Below, in pieces: positions 1-16,270 of a DNA stretch of 64,000 nt (position 1 is its first letter; the number at the start of each line of letters is the position of its first letter). A model generated the notes under the pieces. It was not told where the DNA came from. It ran no database searches and saw nothing but the letters and a program-made list of their open reading frames with translations. The translations under genes were made by a program, and so were the position numbers. This DNA is from the human T2T-CHM13v2.0 reference genome, Homo sapiens. The stretch is from NCBI RefSeq assembly GCF_009914755.1, contig NC_060925.1, one strand, 5' to 3'.

Positions 1-129
1 AGGTATGTATATGTACATATATATAAAATATATATATGATTAAGTGTGTGCATATATATGTGTGTGTGTGTGTATACACATATATATATTTATATATGTG
101 TATACACACACACACACACACACACACAC
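1..129. repeat. Compound (TA)n/(TG)n/(CA)n microsatellite
   Basis: Alternating purine-pyrimidine tracts read directly; abuts an MLT2 LTR, a family that often carries such tracts. Confidence 0.95.
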
Positions 130-538
130 TAAGAAGTTTATTGTAAGGAACCAGCTCACATAGTTGTGGGATCTGGCAAGTCCAAAATTTGTAGGGCAAG
201 CCAACAGACTAGAAACTCAGTCGGGAGTCAATGTTGTAGTCTTGAGTCTGAAATTAATAGGTTAGGCTAGCAGACTGGAAACTTAAGCAGATGTCAGTGC
301 TAGAGTCTTGAGGCAGAATTTCTTCTTCTCTGGGAAATGTGTTTTTGCTCTTAAGGTCTTCAGCTGAGCAGGAGACCCCACATGCATTATTGAGAGTAAT
401 CTCCTTAACATAAAGTCAGCTGATTGTAGATGTTAACCACATCTACAAAACATCTTTGCAGCAACATACAGATTATTGTTTGATTAAATAAGTGAGTACT
501 ATAGCCTAGCCAAGTTGATACATAGAACTAATCATCAC
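130..538 (-). mobile_element. MLT2 (MLT2D-like) ERVL LTR
   Basis: tttattgtaaggaa...ctggcaagtccaaaatttgtagggc, internal repeat of agact(a/g)gaaact, terminal agccaagttgatacatagaactaatcatcaca. Confidence 0.8.
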
Positions 539-2366
539 AAGGTCCTTTGACACATGGAACATGCTTCCCTCTCCCACCTTGTATTTTCCATGACTTCTCA
601 TGCCCCACACCAGATTGCAAAGCTGCTCTGAAGAAGCCCTGCAGTTCTCTGCCTTTTGGTGCCTTTGCTGTTTTCTCCATCCCTACTCTAGATTCTCTCT
701 CCTCCCAGTGTCCAACCCAGTTGTCAAATTCCTACTCTCATCTCTTGGATCCTGTGCAAATGTCATTTTCCTTCCCAAACCTTGGCTGCTTTCTGGTTTA
801 AATATCGTCTCTTCCTCTCTTGAACCCCCAACAGATGTCCTTGAAGTAAAGCCTCCTTGCTCTGCTTTGCATTATTTGTAAATGTATTCATGGCAACCAT
901 CCCCTCTCCCTTGTAACCTGAGGGGGGTCAAGAACCTCATGGGTTTTTTTGTTTTGTTTTGTCTTGTTTTATTTTAATGTCTTTGTTCCCAAAAGGGTAT
1001 AGAGCTTCCATTCATATGGCAATCTTTATTCTTTTTCTGTGCCCTGTGCTGTGCTAGCTTCTCAGGAATATGAAGATTAATTAGACAAGTTTCCAGCACT
1101 CTGAGACTTTATAGCCCAGTGCGGAAGGCAGATAAGTCAACCGTAGGTGTCCACAAGAACTCATTGAACTGAATTAATTCTGGCTGTAGAAGTGCAGTCA
1201 CTTTCCTTTTAGTATCTCCTTACCTCAATACTCCTACATACAGACATTAGCCAGACCAGACAGCAGGCTTGTAGTGGGCTGGAAAGGTCTGTCCTCACAA
1301 GACTTATAGAGGAGTAGTGTGTGTGATGTGACCTGAGGGGCATCAAGGAGGTTCACTGATCCAAAAATATCTCTGTTGCTAAGATGCCTGATATACCATC
1401 ATTTGTGATTCATTCATCTGGGTTCAGAATTATCCTATCTCTAAATGCACCTGGGAGGAATTACTAAATGCCTACATTAACTTTTTAAAATTCTTTTCCC
1501 TTCTTTCTTTACCTTTTTATCTTCCCTTTCTCCTTTAAGGCAGCTAAATTGCTCTCCCTGAAAGACTCCCACCACACAAAGGAGTTAAGAGCTCCTCCCC
1601 TTGGTCCCAATAGCACCTCGTGCCTGTTACAGCAGAGATGTTTTATCCTCTAATTCTTATCTGTTTATTGCTTACCTGAGCTCCTCCACCAGACTGAGCT
1701 CTTAAAGGGGAAAACTGTTTTTCATCTCTGTAATCTGAACATAGAGCACAGTGCCAAACACACCGTGGAATGTTCTGTAAGATTCCTGGAATGACCAGGC
1801 GGTTCTCCATGAAGATATACCTGTTTACCCTTCTTCTTTGATAGAATGACCCATGAGCATATGTAGGGGACAGGCTTGATAAAAGAGAATTGAAGGGCAA
1901 AGAGAAGAGAAGAGAGATAGGAAAAAAGGGACTCTCGGGAAATCACTTCTGTGCCTAGGGCCGTCCTTGATCCTGCTGTCTGTTGTCCACTTTTTGGTTT
2001 CATTCATGGATAAAATGCCTTGTGAATTAAACATGCTGTTTTCTTTTGTTTTGCAATACATGATCTGAAGTACCATCAGCTGGCAGGGGTTTTTCCAGAA
2101 GCATTTTGTCAAGTGGAAAGGTGGCTACACATGCTCCAATTACAAAAGCAAAAATGCTTTCAAATATCTTTTCCTTCTGCATGGATTGAGAACACAAACC
2201 TCTTCTCATGCCTGTCTCTTCCATTCGCTACACCTTTGCCTTTGCTCAAGGAATATGCTTGTAAAGATATCCAAAAAGTGCTTTTTCCAAGCCCCTTGTG
2301 GTTGCAGAATGCAGACCTGCAAAAATTTCCTCAAGTAATAGGATGGGAACTATAAAATTGCATGTA

Positions 2367-2603
2367 GGCTGGCACAGTGTGTAATCTTGCACTTTGGGAG
2401 GCTGAGGCGCGAGGAATGCTTGAGCCCAGGAATTTGAGACCAGCCTGAGCAACATAGTGACACCTCATCTCTACAAAAAATAAGAAAATAAGGCAGGAGG
2501 ATCTCTTGAGCCCGGGAGGTTGAGTCTGCAGTGAGCTCTGATCCTGCCACTGCACTCCTGCCTGGGAAACAGGAGTGAAACTCTGTCTCTGGAAAAAAAG
2601 AAA
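2367..2603 (+). mobile_element. AluJ (Jo-like) with internal deletions
   Basis: gcttgagcccaggaatttgagaccagcctgagcaacatagtga; start of right arm missing; degenerate TSD aaaattgcatgta/aaagttacatata. Confidence 0.9.
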
Positions 2604-4089
2604 GTTACATATAGATTGGAGCTGAAATCAAGATGGAAGCCAAGGTGCCTTTGGAGTCAGCTATTTTCTGTTTTTCTCTCATTAGCTGAATGAGCTCTTT
2701 CTTCTGCTCTCCTTCCCTCCACAGACTCATTCCATTTTCCTCTTGCTCCTCTTTCCCTATATGTCTCTTCTCTTTCCTCGTGTCTTCTGCCTACCTACAA
2801 TTTCTGCTCCCTCACAACTTCACAGGACCCATCATGGCTGCCCCAGACACTCACTGCCTCATGATTTCAGATTCAAAAATATATGCCTCCACGTAGATAC
2901 CCCATGGTTCATACTTATTTTAATCTTTCCAGAAATATGTTCTTAAAATTAATTTTTAGCAAGGTCAATCAATAAATTGGTTCATTTGCCCTAACATAAT
3001 CTAGAGCTGATTTTATATTGTTACCTATCATTTGTAACCACTAGATTATTTATTTTTTATATATACATATTTATATATACATGTGTATATATCTATATAT
3101 ACACATATATGCTATATATAGTACCTATAGAATGCCAAGATTTGTGCTAGGTACTGGCAATACCATCATGAGAAAACACAAATCTGCCCTAGTGATATTA
3201 ATTTCTAACTGATTACTTTCCTTCTAACTTGCCCTCATCTAATCTAACTTCAAATGAGTTCTCTTTCCAACACATGAATCAAACCATGATATTCCCTGCT
3301 TAAAATCATTACTGACATTTATCATCTAAATTCACATAAGGATGTTTTACTACCTGCTTCTGTTTTTATTTCTGACCCCTGCCTGATTTCTTGTACTTTA
3401 CGCTTCTACAAAACCAATGTTAATCCATGCCCTTGACTTGGCACATGACAGAATCAGGAGAAGTAGAAAAGGGATGAAGTAAAGATAAACTTGAGAGACA
3501 GGTTGATTCAGTGTCTAAATGTTATTATCCTAACTAAAGTGTAAATATCACAAAACCTAATATTACCTTAATATAGTAAACATTTGATATATTTTTGTTA
3601 GAGTGGATTAAAAAGTGGCATTTGTGGTTTTATCTGGCTTCAGATTCATTAGGAATGAGTGAGTGAAAGGAACCTAAAAGGGTGAGTTCATTTGTACATG
3701 AACAATTTAATCCTTTTTCGGTCTCAATAGCTATTATTGTGGCTAACAAAGCAACTCTTATAAGTTGCACACAAACAAGAAGTAGGAGAGTGTTTATGAT
3801 GTCATCATAAATATTTATAATAGGGACATGATACAATGTTTTGTGAGACATTGTTGAGAAAGGTTAGACAGTGAATGCTCATTTAGATCAAAATCAAACA
3901 CCTGACACTTGTTGAGCATTTTTTAATTTACAAAGTATACTCACATTTATTATCCTATTTAAACTCAATTTTTCAATCTACATTGGACCATTATCTTCAC
4001 TGGGTAAGCATTCTCTAATATCTCCATCCTTAGACTCCACATTCCCCATCAGAAAAAAAAAACAAACAAACCTGTATATCTTCTTTCTT

Positions 4090-5275
4090 TTACAACAAAG
4101 CCCAAGAGTTGTCTATGTTCATTATCTTGACTTTCTCACCTAACATTCTTGCGTCAGTCAAGTCAGATCTGGTTTTTGTTCCCACAACTTCACTGAAATT
4201 GCTTTTATCAAGGTCATTAGGAATGCCCATCGTGTCTATTCACTCTCTCCTCCTGGAAACACTCTTCTTCACTTGGCTTCAGACACAGTATATTTCACTG
4301 GTTTCCCACCTACCTCACTGGGTTTTGCTCCTCCACACTTTTAATGGTCCCGCTCCTCAGTTATTGTCTCTCTTACTCCCAAGGTGATCTCAACCAGACC
4401 CTAGTTTTCAGCATGATTTGAAAGCTGATGGCTCCCAATTTCTATCTTCAACCCAGTTCTCTCCCTTGAGCTCTAAACTTGTGTAGCCAACAGCCTTCTT
4501 AACTCTCTTTAGATAGGCATCTCAAACTTACAATCCTAAAACTGAACCCTGGAGGACCCTGCTGTAATGCCAGTGCTCCCCTTCTCAGCAAGTGGTGCTA
4601 AATTCATGCACAGATGCCGCCCTAGCTGAAAATGTAGATGTCATCCCTAAGTCCTCTCTTTTCTCATTCGCAGCATCTTGTCTGTCCACACGTCCCTAGA
4701 ATCTGACTAGTTATTACTACCTACACCTCTGCCAACCTAGAGAAAGCCACCTTTATTGTCACTTAGACTTCTGGAACAGCTTTTTAACTTGGTTCTTCAC
4801 TTCCTTTCTAGCTCCTTTTGCAGTGCAGCCAAAGTGATACTTTCAAATGATCCAGTGGTATTCCCTTTACATTCTGATGAAAACCCAGTTTTTTCTAGAA
4901 CTTATAGACCTTCATGACCTGGGCCCTACCTTTCTGTTCAAACTTAGTTCTACCTTAAGGTATTTGCATTTACTGGCTCTGTCTAGAATTTTCCTCTACC
5001 AGACCTTCTCATAATTCATTCCCTCAACTCCTTCTGATTCTACTCAAAGGTAATCTCTCTTCCTCATCCTACAGCTTTTTGTCCCTTAACCCTCTTTATT
5101 TTCCTTATTCCCTTACTGGTCAATATAGTATATATTTGCTTAATTATTTATGATCTCTCTTTCTCTCAGTGGAATATAATTCCAAGAGGTTTGTTTTCTC
5201 CTGTATTCCCAACATCTAGAACAGTGCTATAATATTGTAGGTGTCCAACAAATAGATATTGAATGAAAGAATGAG
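4090..5275 (+). mobile_element. L2 (L2a-like) 3' region, degraded
   Basis: Pyrimidine-rich L2 motifs (aggcatctcaaactta; catctagaacagtgct) ending in tattgaatgaaagaatga; boundaries approximate. Confidence 0.7.
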
Positions 5276-5654
5276 ATTTAAATATAAACATTTAACTAGA
5301 AGTCAAGTGTTTTTTTTTCATGATCAAAGCCCATGTAAAAAGTGATCATCTTTTCATATTTTTTGATATCTCTAGCATATTCTGAGGAAGTATTTTGAGA
5401 ACATGATTTCAGATTCTTTTGGATAAATGGAGATACATGATATTAGAGCACTTGTGTAATTGCAGTTTGTGTTGATGAGGTATGGGTTTATGATAGAGAC
5501 ATCAGCATCATCTCCATTGGTACAGAAGCATTTCACACTAATATTCTACTGCATAGATTGAGGCATAATTCCAACAGTGGCAGGAGAATTGCCCTAAAAA
5601 TATAGGAATTCACAAATTTTAAACTTTTGACCCAGTGAAACTTAAAAGGGCAGC

Positions 5655-6704
5655 AGAGAAAACACAATGGTATTACACCAAACTTAAAAGCTACTGCACA
5701 GCAACAGAAACAATCAAGAGTGAGGAGATAACCTATAGGATGAGAAAAGGTAACTTGCAAACTGTGCACCTGACAAGGGGTTAATATCCAGCAAAAGAAC
5801 AAGCAATGCTATTTCAAAATGGGCAAAAGACCTGAATAGACATGTAAATGAGTGACAGGTATGTCAAAAAAATATTCAACATCACTAATTGTCAGGGAAA
5901 TGCAAATCAAAACCACACTCCAGTAGAGAAAGGGGAACTCATATACTGTTGGTAAGAATGTAAATTAGTACAGCCATTCTGGAAAATAGTAAAGAGTTTC
6001 CTCAAAAAACTAAAACTAGAAGTACCATATTATCCAGCAATCCCACTACTAGTTATATATTCAAAGAAAATCAGTATGTCAAAGAGATATTGTCACTCCC
6101 ATGTTTATTGCCGCATTATTCACAATAGCCAAAATACGGAATCAAACTAAGTGCCTATCAGTGGGTAAATGAATACAGCAAACATGGCATATATACACAA
6201 CGGAATACTATCCAATCATAACACAAAATGAAATCCTGTCATTTGTGGCAACGTGGTTGAACTTGGAGGACATTATGTTAAGTGAAATAAGCTAGGCACA
6301 GAAAGACAAATACTGCATGATCTCACTCATTTGTGGAATCTAAAAAAGATGATCTCATAAAAGTAGAGATTAGAATAGTGGTTACCAGATGCTGAGAAGG
6401 GTAGTGGGTAAAGGAAGATGGAGAGAAGTTAGCAAAAGGGTACAAACTTACAGTTAGGAAGAACAAGTTCTGATGTTCTATTACACAATAAGGTGACACG
6501 TAATAAAAATGTATTGTATATTTCAAGATAGCTACGAGAGAGAATTTTGAAAGTTATCACCACAAAGAATGATAAATGTTTTAAGTGGTGAATGTGATAA
6601 TTACCCTGATTTGATCATTACATAATGTGTACATGTATTGGAACATCACACTTACCCCATAAATATGCACAGTTATTAGAGGTCATTTATAAATAAAATA
6701 AAAC
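5655..6704 (+). mobile_element. L1MA-type LINE-1 3' fragment
   Basis: ORF2-end motifs (cccatgtttattgccgcattattcacaatagcc; gaaatcctgtcatttgtggcaac) and an L1MA-type 3'UTR with A-rich end. Confidence 0.85.
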
Positions 6705-6710
6705 TTTTTT

Positions 6711-6999
6711 TTTTTTTTTGAGAAAGAGCCTCACTCTGTTGCCCAGGCTGGAGTGTAGTGGCGCATTCTTGGCTCACTGCTTTGCCTCCCAGGTTCAAGC
6801 AATTCTCATGTCTCAGCCTCCCAGGTAGCAGGGACTACAGGTGGTGTGCCACCACGCCCAGCTATTTTTTTTTTTTTTGTATTTTTAGTACAGAAGGGGT
6901 TTCACCATGTTGGCCAGGCTAGTCTCAAACTCCTGACCTCTCACCTGCCTTGGCCTCCCAAAGTGTTGGGATTACAGGCATGAGCCACCACACCCGGCC
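6711..6999 (-). mobile_element. AluS inserted in the L1MA A-tail
   Basis: Full Alu dimer; TSD aaaataaaactttttt at 6695-6710 and 7000-7015. Confidence 0.95.
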
Positions 7000-7399
7000 A
7001 AAATAAAACTTTTTTAAAAAGGAGAGAAAATTCAAGTATTAAAAAGCCACTTCAGACAATCTGTTTGTAAAGTGCTATAGATAATAGGATTTTCGACATG
7101 GGCTTGAGTAATCTTGAGGGTTTTGCCTGGTGCCTCAAATCCTCGCATACTGGGGTAGTGTCTTTTATTCCTGTAGAAATAACGTAAAAGCTCTAATATT
7201 CCCTGTCTTTATAGGCCATGAATTAAGTGTTCCCTACACTTTCCTGGGAAGCATTTGAAATTGCTTCAAAATTTACAGAGAATAGAGCAGCTGCCATTTA
7301 TTGTGCACCTACTGTGTGCCCAGCATTTTAAGTCTGTTATCTTATTTGATCTTTAAGTTCCTGAATTAGGTGTTTGTAGTAGACATTTATAGTTTTGTC

Positions 7400-7850
7400 A
7401 ATCTGGAATAGCCTCCTCCCTCTTCTAGGAAATGACTCTTCCCATTCACATGCTGGATGTTTTAATAGGGACTTTACATACAGCTCTTGCCTGCTGGCCA
7501 GAGGAGTTGTCTGGGACCAAGAATGAACCAAATAGAGTCCTCACACAGGATTTTTACAGTGGGTGTTAAAAGGGGAAAATTGTGCCCTCTGATCACAATA
7601 CCATAAGGCATAACCCATGCCAATGTCCCACGGTGTAGAGGAGTAGGACTGAGAGAATTTACCAGGTATATGGAGAATAGAGACAGACCAGAAACAAGAG
7701 ACCCAAAGGTGTTTGAATCCTTTCTGTCTTCTTTGAGGTTGGCGCTGCCTCTACCCTTTCAATCCTTTCAATTGCTTCTTTATATGAACCAATGGCTTCC
7801 TCATTTGCTTATGTCCATTTAATTGGCTATTTGACACTTGCAATTGCAGG
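7400..7850 (+). mobile_element. Ancient ERVL/MaLR-type LTR relic
   Basis: 3' end tttgacacttgcaa resembles the MLT1/LTR33 terminus; highly degraded. Confidence 0.35.
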
Positions 7851-8735
7851 AGCTCTACATAGTGCAGTAAATTATATCTCCTTTCTATGGATGCAACCCC
7901 CAACGCATAAAAAGTTAAATCACTTTTTACCAGTTACGTGGCTACATGAGATTAAATTCAGGTCTGTGGGTTCTAATAACCTTCTGCTCTGTCCAGTGCA
8001 TTACATTGCCATTCTTTTTACACCTCTGAAAGGGTCGCACTCAGCAGATAGTTAAATATGTGACCCAATCTATTTGTTTTTTTTTAAATGTAGACAAGCA
8101 TCTAATGTAGTTACAAGAATAAAAAGATATCTAAGTGTCCTCACACACATCCTTGCTTGTTTCTTTATTTGTAAAATGGCCAAGTTGAAATCTATGACCT
8201 CTGAATTTTGTTTCTCATGGAAAGTTGTCTAAAATCAAATAGATTCTTAGTGCCTCTGAAGATCTAATTATACTGACTGTGCCTCTAGGATTTATTTAAA
8301 TGTGAAAACAAAAGGAGGTGCCTCTATCAGACTTCATGATCATGAGCCAAGTTGGCTTCCAGCCCTCCAGCAATAACTCTAGAGTGGCACTCTCAGAACA
8401 TCAGTATCTTATTATTTCCAGATCAGACTCCTATCCTAAAAGACATGTGTGCATTGTCAGGAAGAAATTTTAAAATACCCAGAAACAACCAGTCTTCTGG
8501 AAGATGAAAGGCATTTTTTTTTCCTTGAAAATTGTAGCATACAACCCTAAATCTTGAAAACGCATTATTTTGGATTGGTTGCTATAAGCACCTTCCTTTG
8601 GCATTCAAATTGGGCATCTAACAACTCCTACAGAACATCAGCAGCGATATAGATGATTATGCTGAAGGTAAAATTAGTACAGTGAAGCCTGTTTCAGCAC
8701 CGACATGCACAAACAGGTACAGGCGTCAAACCTGA

Positions 8736-8767
8736 ACACACACACACACACACACAATCACACACAA
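8736..8767. repeat. (CA)n microsatellite
   Basis: Direct. Confidence 0.9.
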
Positions 8768-9289
8768 TGGTCTTTTTGTTTTCTTTTTAATGTATTCTCA
8801 GAAAGGGTGCTAAGAAATTGTCCCCTTTGTCAGCTTTTGATACTCACTCAGTCTGAAGTATCAGAATAATCTTACCCTAAATGCATTTCTGGTTTAATAC
8901 TCAATTCTTTGTAAAAGAAAATTGGTTCACTTTTTAAGAGCGTCTTTTTCCACAGGTGCTCTAATTATTTTTAAGTTCATATTGATATGATATTGTATTG
9001 CTTACGAGATGTTTTAATGCAAATTACCTATGTAAATTATTTAAGTTATGTACCAAACCTATAAGGTTATTATTATTATTATTTATATTTCTCCTGCTTG
9101 TCTTTCATCATCACAGAAGCTCTATTATTATTTGCATTTAAAGATGAAGACACTGAGGGTCTATGGAACAAATGACATCCTGGGACACACTTCCTAGCTG
9201 TGTGTCCCAGGATAAGGCAGAGCTAATAAGTATATCCCAGAATAAGTCACTTACCCCATTGATACTCTACTCTGACTTCAGATAATGCA

Positions 9290-9520
9290 AAGAGCAAGGG
9301 ATTTACAACCAAACATGTCTGGGTTGAAATCTCAAATTCACCTACCAGCTTTGTGACTTTAAGCAGGTGACTTAATCTCTTGGATCCTTTGTTCTATTAT
9401 CTTTAAAATGAAGGCAATAATAGCCAAATTATAAACTTTTAGTAAGTATTAAATAAGCAACTATATGAAGCCCTTAGCACTCATCAGTGTAGAGTAGGTG
9501 CTCACTAAATGGTGCTAGTT
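9290..9520 (+). mobile_element. MIR SINE
   Basis: ctgggttgaaatctc...agctttgtgactttaagcaggtgacttaatctct core. Confidence 0.75.
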
Positions 9521-9758
9521 TTAATTCAAGTGCTCTTGATTGCAGAAAAAAAAAAGTCACCTATTTGATGTTGATTATCTGAGGATCTACGGAAGCTCCA
9601 AATATTCAGTGAAACTTTTATAGTGTAACGTGGTCAGTGCTAAGGTGCCCTGAGGCTCTAGGGATGTTCTCCCTCCTCACTTTATCCCTAATTAAAAACT
9701 AATGCAGAGGGACAAGACTTGTGATTTCATAGGTCCTTTGGTGGTAAGGTTCATGGAC

Positions 9759-9763
<5 letters not shown>

Positions 9764-9792
<29 letters not shown>
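9764..9792. repeat. Poly(T) tract (~29 nt)
   Basis: Direct; no Alu body or TSD attached. Confidence 0.9.
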
Positions 9793-9795
<3 letters not shown>

Positions 9796-10003
9796 ATTCT
9801 GGTGACCCATTCACATATAGCATCTAATCTGTGACTTCCAGCGAAGGGAAAGAGTCAATTCCATACTCCTGTGATGCTCTCATTTGGGACTGGTGTCCAA
9901 CAGAGCAGGTAAACTCTGTGAGAGAGTGCATCAGATCTTGGGTAAGCCAGCCAGCTTCTCTCTGTTCCATGACTACAGATCTCAGCTTGATGCCCAGCCT
10001 ATG

Positions 10004-10240
10004 CAGGTTGAGTATCCCTTATCTGAAATGCTTGGGACCAGAAGTGTTTCAGATTTTGGATTTTTTTTCAGGTATTGGAATATTTGCATATACTTACTTG
10101 TTGAGCATGCCAAATTTAAAAATCTGAAGCTCAAAATGCTCCAATGAGCCTTTCTTTTGTGCATCATGTTGGCACCCAAAATGTTTCAGATTTTGGAGCA
10201 TTTCAGAATTGCGGTTTTTGGATTTGAGATGCTTCATCTG
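10004..10240 (+). mobile_element. Tigger4a (MER46A-type) non-autonomous DNA transposon
   Basis: Left TIR caggttgagtatccc, degenerate right TIR gagatgcttcatctg followed by TA, internal tttcagattttgga repeats. Confidence 0.85.
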
Positions 10241-11718
10241 TACTTGCTTCTGGTCATAGTGTATGAATGAGGTGGTGCTGGACGTTTGATAAACTGAGGA
10301 GTGAGTTAAGTACTATCAGTTGTTACAATAATGGATCAATTAATTATCAATTGTGTTTTTGACTGTAAGAAACAGAAGACCCAAGTCAACTTTTATTACT
10401 TGAAGGCAAATAGTTCTACTGTGGTCATGGAAAGGCTACTGAGCTTCTTTTAGTTCAGTTTTCCAATATCCTAAATCAGGGTAATAATGCTACCATCCTT
10501 CTAGATTTGTCATAATGTTTCTTACTGTAAGAGATTAGCCTTAGACTCCAAAGAAGTGTGCTCAACTCCTTTCCCCGCCTCTTACTAGCTACAGTAATCT
10601 AATCCAATTCTTCCCGAGACTCACCTGCAGAATGGAATTAACAATACCTTCCTCAAAAGATGTTGTGAGTGACCAATAAGATTTACTGGTAGGTAGGATT
10701 GCACAGGGGGCAATACCTTGCATCACATCCCATACACTGATGTTTGTTGAAATTAAATCTGACGTCTGTATATTTAGTCTCTTATCTATTAAATGAAGAT
10801 AAGGGTACTTTTCTCAGAAGATTGTGATGGGGATTAAATGCAATGATATATGTGAAAACACTTTAGGAACTCTATAATAATGTATAAAAGTAATTATTAG
10901 TACTATTAATCTCTTATAATTATTTGTATTATAATATTACATAACCATTATATTATTTTTGTATCTCTTATGATTTCTAAGTCAATAGTATAGATTCTTA
11001 TTTTTCATATTAAAGAATTACTCATGTAAAGAAATTGCTTAGAAATAAATTTTCAAATGTTTTAGTCCATAAGATATTGTCTAGAGACACATTTATTATA
11101 ATATACCTTAACAAAACAGTCATGTTTTAGCATGTAAAATTGTTGAGTGAAATAATTTTTAAAATGTCATTTAAAGTTAGTGAGGTTAAAAATTAGTGAA
11201 ATAAAATAAGTGCTGCCTGTTTAAGTATTTAACAGCTGCCCAGCTTCCCATCACACTTCAGATTTTCAGCACCACCCTATAGAAGATCTTCACCTGGTAC
11301 TGGTGTGTGTGTGACTTACTGCTAAGTGAAGCTGCCTGCTTAGGTGAGGTTGTTTTGGTGTCTTTTATCATGTTAGCTGTTGATGGACAGCCTATGTGCA
11401 TTTGTACTCTCAGATAACATTTATTCCTTGTTGTTTTTCCTCTAGTGAGCTTTAAAAACAAGTCTTGTGGTGCATTTGTCTATAAGTATGCAAGTCCCTG
11501 CCATAGACTTTTTCCATTATTTCCTGATGTTACCCAGCCCTCTCAGCTAGAAACCAAAATTTACTCCATCAACAAGACATGCTTTAGTAGATAGCAAAAA
11601 GAGAGCCATTTGCAGACATAATCCTAGAGTAATATATTTCGTATGTGTGTTCTTTTTTCCCCAACCCAAGAAATTACTACTACTGGTGGTTCATCTCTTA
11701 TGAAAAGACCAGCAATCA

Positions 11719-12076
<358 letters not shown>

Positions 12077-12201
12077 CTATTATAGGCAGTAGGGCATAAT
12101 GCATTTGAAATATAGAGTCTAAGAACTTAAATTCGAGCCCTGACTCTGGATATTCTGTATGAGTTACTTTGAGCACGCTCTGTCTCTCAGACTTAATTTC
12201 T

Positions 12202-12207
12202 TTTTCT

Positions 12208-12239
<32 letters not shown>

Positions 12240-12527
12240 TTGAGACAGAGTCTCGCTCTGTCACCCAGGCTGGAGTGCAGTGGCGCGCAATCTCAGCTTA
12301 CTGCAAGCAAGCTCCACCTCCCGGGTTCATGCCATTCTCCTGCCTCAGCCTCCCGAGTAGCTGGGACTACAGGTGCCCACCACCACGCCTGGCTAATTTT
12401 TGTATTTTTAGTAGAGACGGGGTTTCACTGTGTTAGCCAGGATGGTCTCGATCTCCTGACCTTGAGATCTGCCTGCCTTGGCCTCCCAAAGTGCTGGGAT
12501 TACAGGGGTAAGCCACCACGCCTGGCC
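12202..12527 (-). mobile_element. AluY-like, inserted in MIR-derived sequence
   Basis: AluY diagnostics (gttagccaggatggtctcgatctcc; gccattctcc); TSD acttaatttct at 12191-12201 and 12528-12538. Confidence 0.93.
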
Positions 12528-12944
12528 ACTTAATTTCTATAACTTACATTTGAATTCCTGCACTGCTGCTATATCTAATTAACCATTTCCTTGGACAAGT
12601 CATGCAATCCTTCTTAGGCTCACTTTCTGTTATAAAATGAGAATAAAAATTTTTCATACTTCAGAGAATTGTTGGGAAGATTAAGTAATGTAAAGTTTGA
12701 AAAGTATGGTTTCTGGTATTTATAATAGCTATTGTTATTAATACTATGATTATTTTAATATTAACATGGTAGAATTTGATAAGAGATGCAAATTGCAGTT
12801 CATTATTTTTTCTAAGACTATTATCTGAGGGGCAATGGATTTCTCTCAGGAAACTCAAAGAAATGCATTTTTCCTCCTTTAATTTTAGTGAGCTAAATAA
12901 AATTCATCGTAAAAGAACTTAATTGTGCAGATAATATAATTTTT

Positions 12945-15118
<2,174 letters not shown>

Positions 15119-15629
15119 GGGAACTTAAGCATTTTGATATTTCTATGGAAGTGAAAAAGAAAATAGGTTACTTCCTTTCCATTTTCAAGAGTACAAGCAA
15201 AGTCTCTCCCTGTGGTTATGGTGGTAAATTAGCGTGAATCATGTGGTGAATTAGCCACATGTCATCTTTAAAATTCTCCTTATCCAATATTCCTAGATCA
15301 TCTTTGCTAATTTTATATTTTCTTCATAATCTAAAAACAATACTTTAGTAGCATTCTCAAAAGTCATTGTATTGCCAGATTAGATTAAATGTAACATATG
15401 CACCAATGCCTCTCTCTTTTCTGTTCAGTCCTTCTCAAAAATTATATTACTCTCCAAACAACCTGAGAAAATAAAGCCTTTTCCTGTAAGAGAGTTACCT
15501 TGAACATTCACTCTGACCCAAAATATTATTTTCATGAAAATCACTTCTATTTATTATGAACTAGACCAACTATCTTCTTTCTCATTAGCTGAAAACCTCC
15601 AGACTGGCATTTGCTTTTATTCATTTATA

Positions 15630-16270
15630 AATTAATTCATTTTTCAACAAATATTTATTGAGTTCCTACTTTGTGTTAGGCACTACAGTAGGCACTGACA
15701 ATAAAGCAGTGAAAAAATACAGAAATCCTCTTTCTCCTGGAGTCACATTCTAGTGCAAGGGTACAGATGATACATATAATAAATATATGGTATATTAGAC
15801 AGTGATGTTGTGAGAAAAAAAAAGCAAAATAAAGAGAGTGCTGTTGTGGTAGGGTGGTCAGACAAGACCTTGATAACGAGGTGACATTTGAACAAGGACT
15901 GAGTAAGTGTGGGAGTGAGCTATGGAGCAAACTGGGTAAGAGCACATGAGGCAGAGAGAAAAGCCACTGAAAAATTCCAGAGGCAGGAGCATGCCTGGCA
16001 TGGTGTAGTAACCACAAAGGGTCACTGTGGCTTCAGCAGTGTGGGGAATGGGGAGAATGAGGAATGAGGACCGTACCTACCGTCTTGGAGACCGTTGTAA
16101 GAACTTTGGCTGTCATTGTGAATAGAAGGGAGGCCAACTGGAAGATGTTCAGCTGGTTAACGATGTGTGACCTGAGTTACATTTCTAAAGAGTTATCTTA
16201 GATGCTATTTTGAAAATAAACTGTAGCAGGACAAGGGCATAAGAGGAAGTCCAGTTAGAAACTGTTTTTC
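15630..16270 (-). mobile_element. L2a 3' region
   Basis: ttcaacaaatatttattgagttcctactttgtgttaggcact (reverse L2 tail), gaggtgacatttgaac, ggagcatgcctggcatg. Confidence 0.8.

Noticed and set aside
913-1348. Similar ~20-mers gt(a/g)acctgagggg..tcaag at ~913 and ~1329
   Set aside because: Only two imperfect copies with no further structure; compatible with chance
8634-8667. Possible 34-nt plus-strand exon (NISSDIDDYAE, AAG|gtaaaa)
   Set aside because: Weak polypyrimidine tract, unrecognised peptide, no partner exons
9764-9792. Solo poly(A) retro-insertion
   Set aside because: No TSD found; treated as a simple homopolymer
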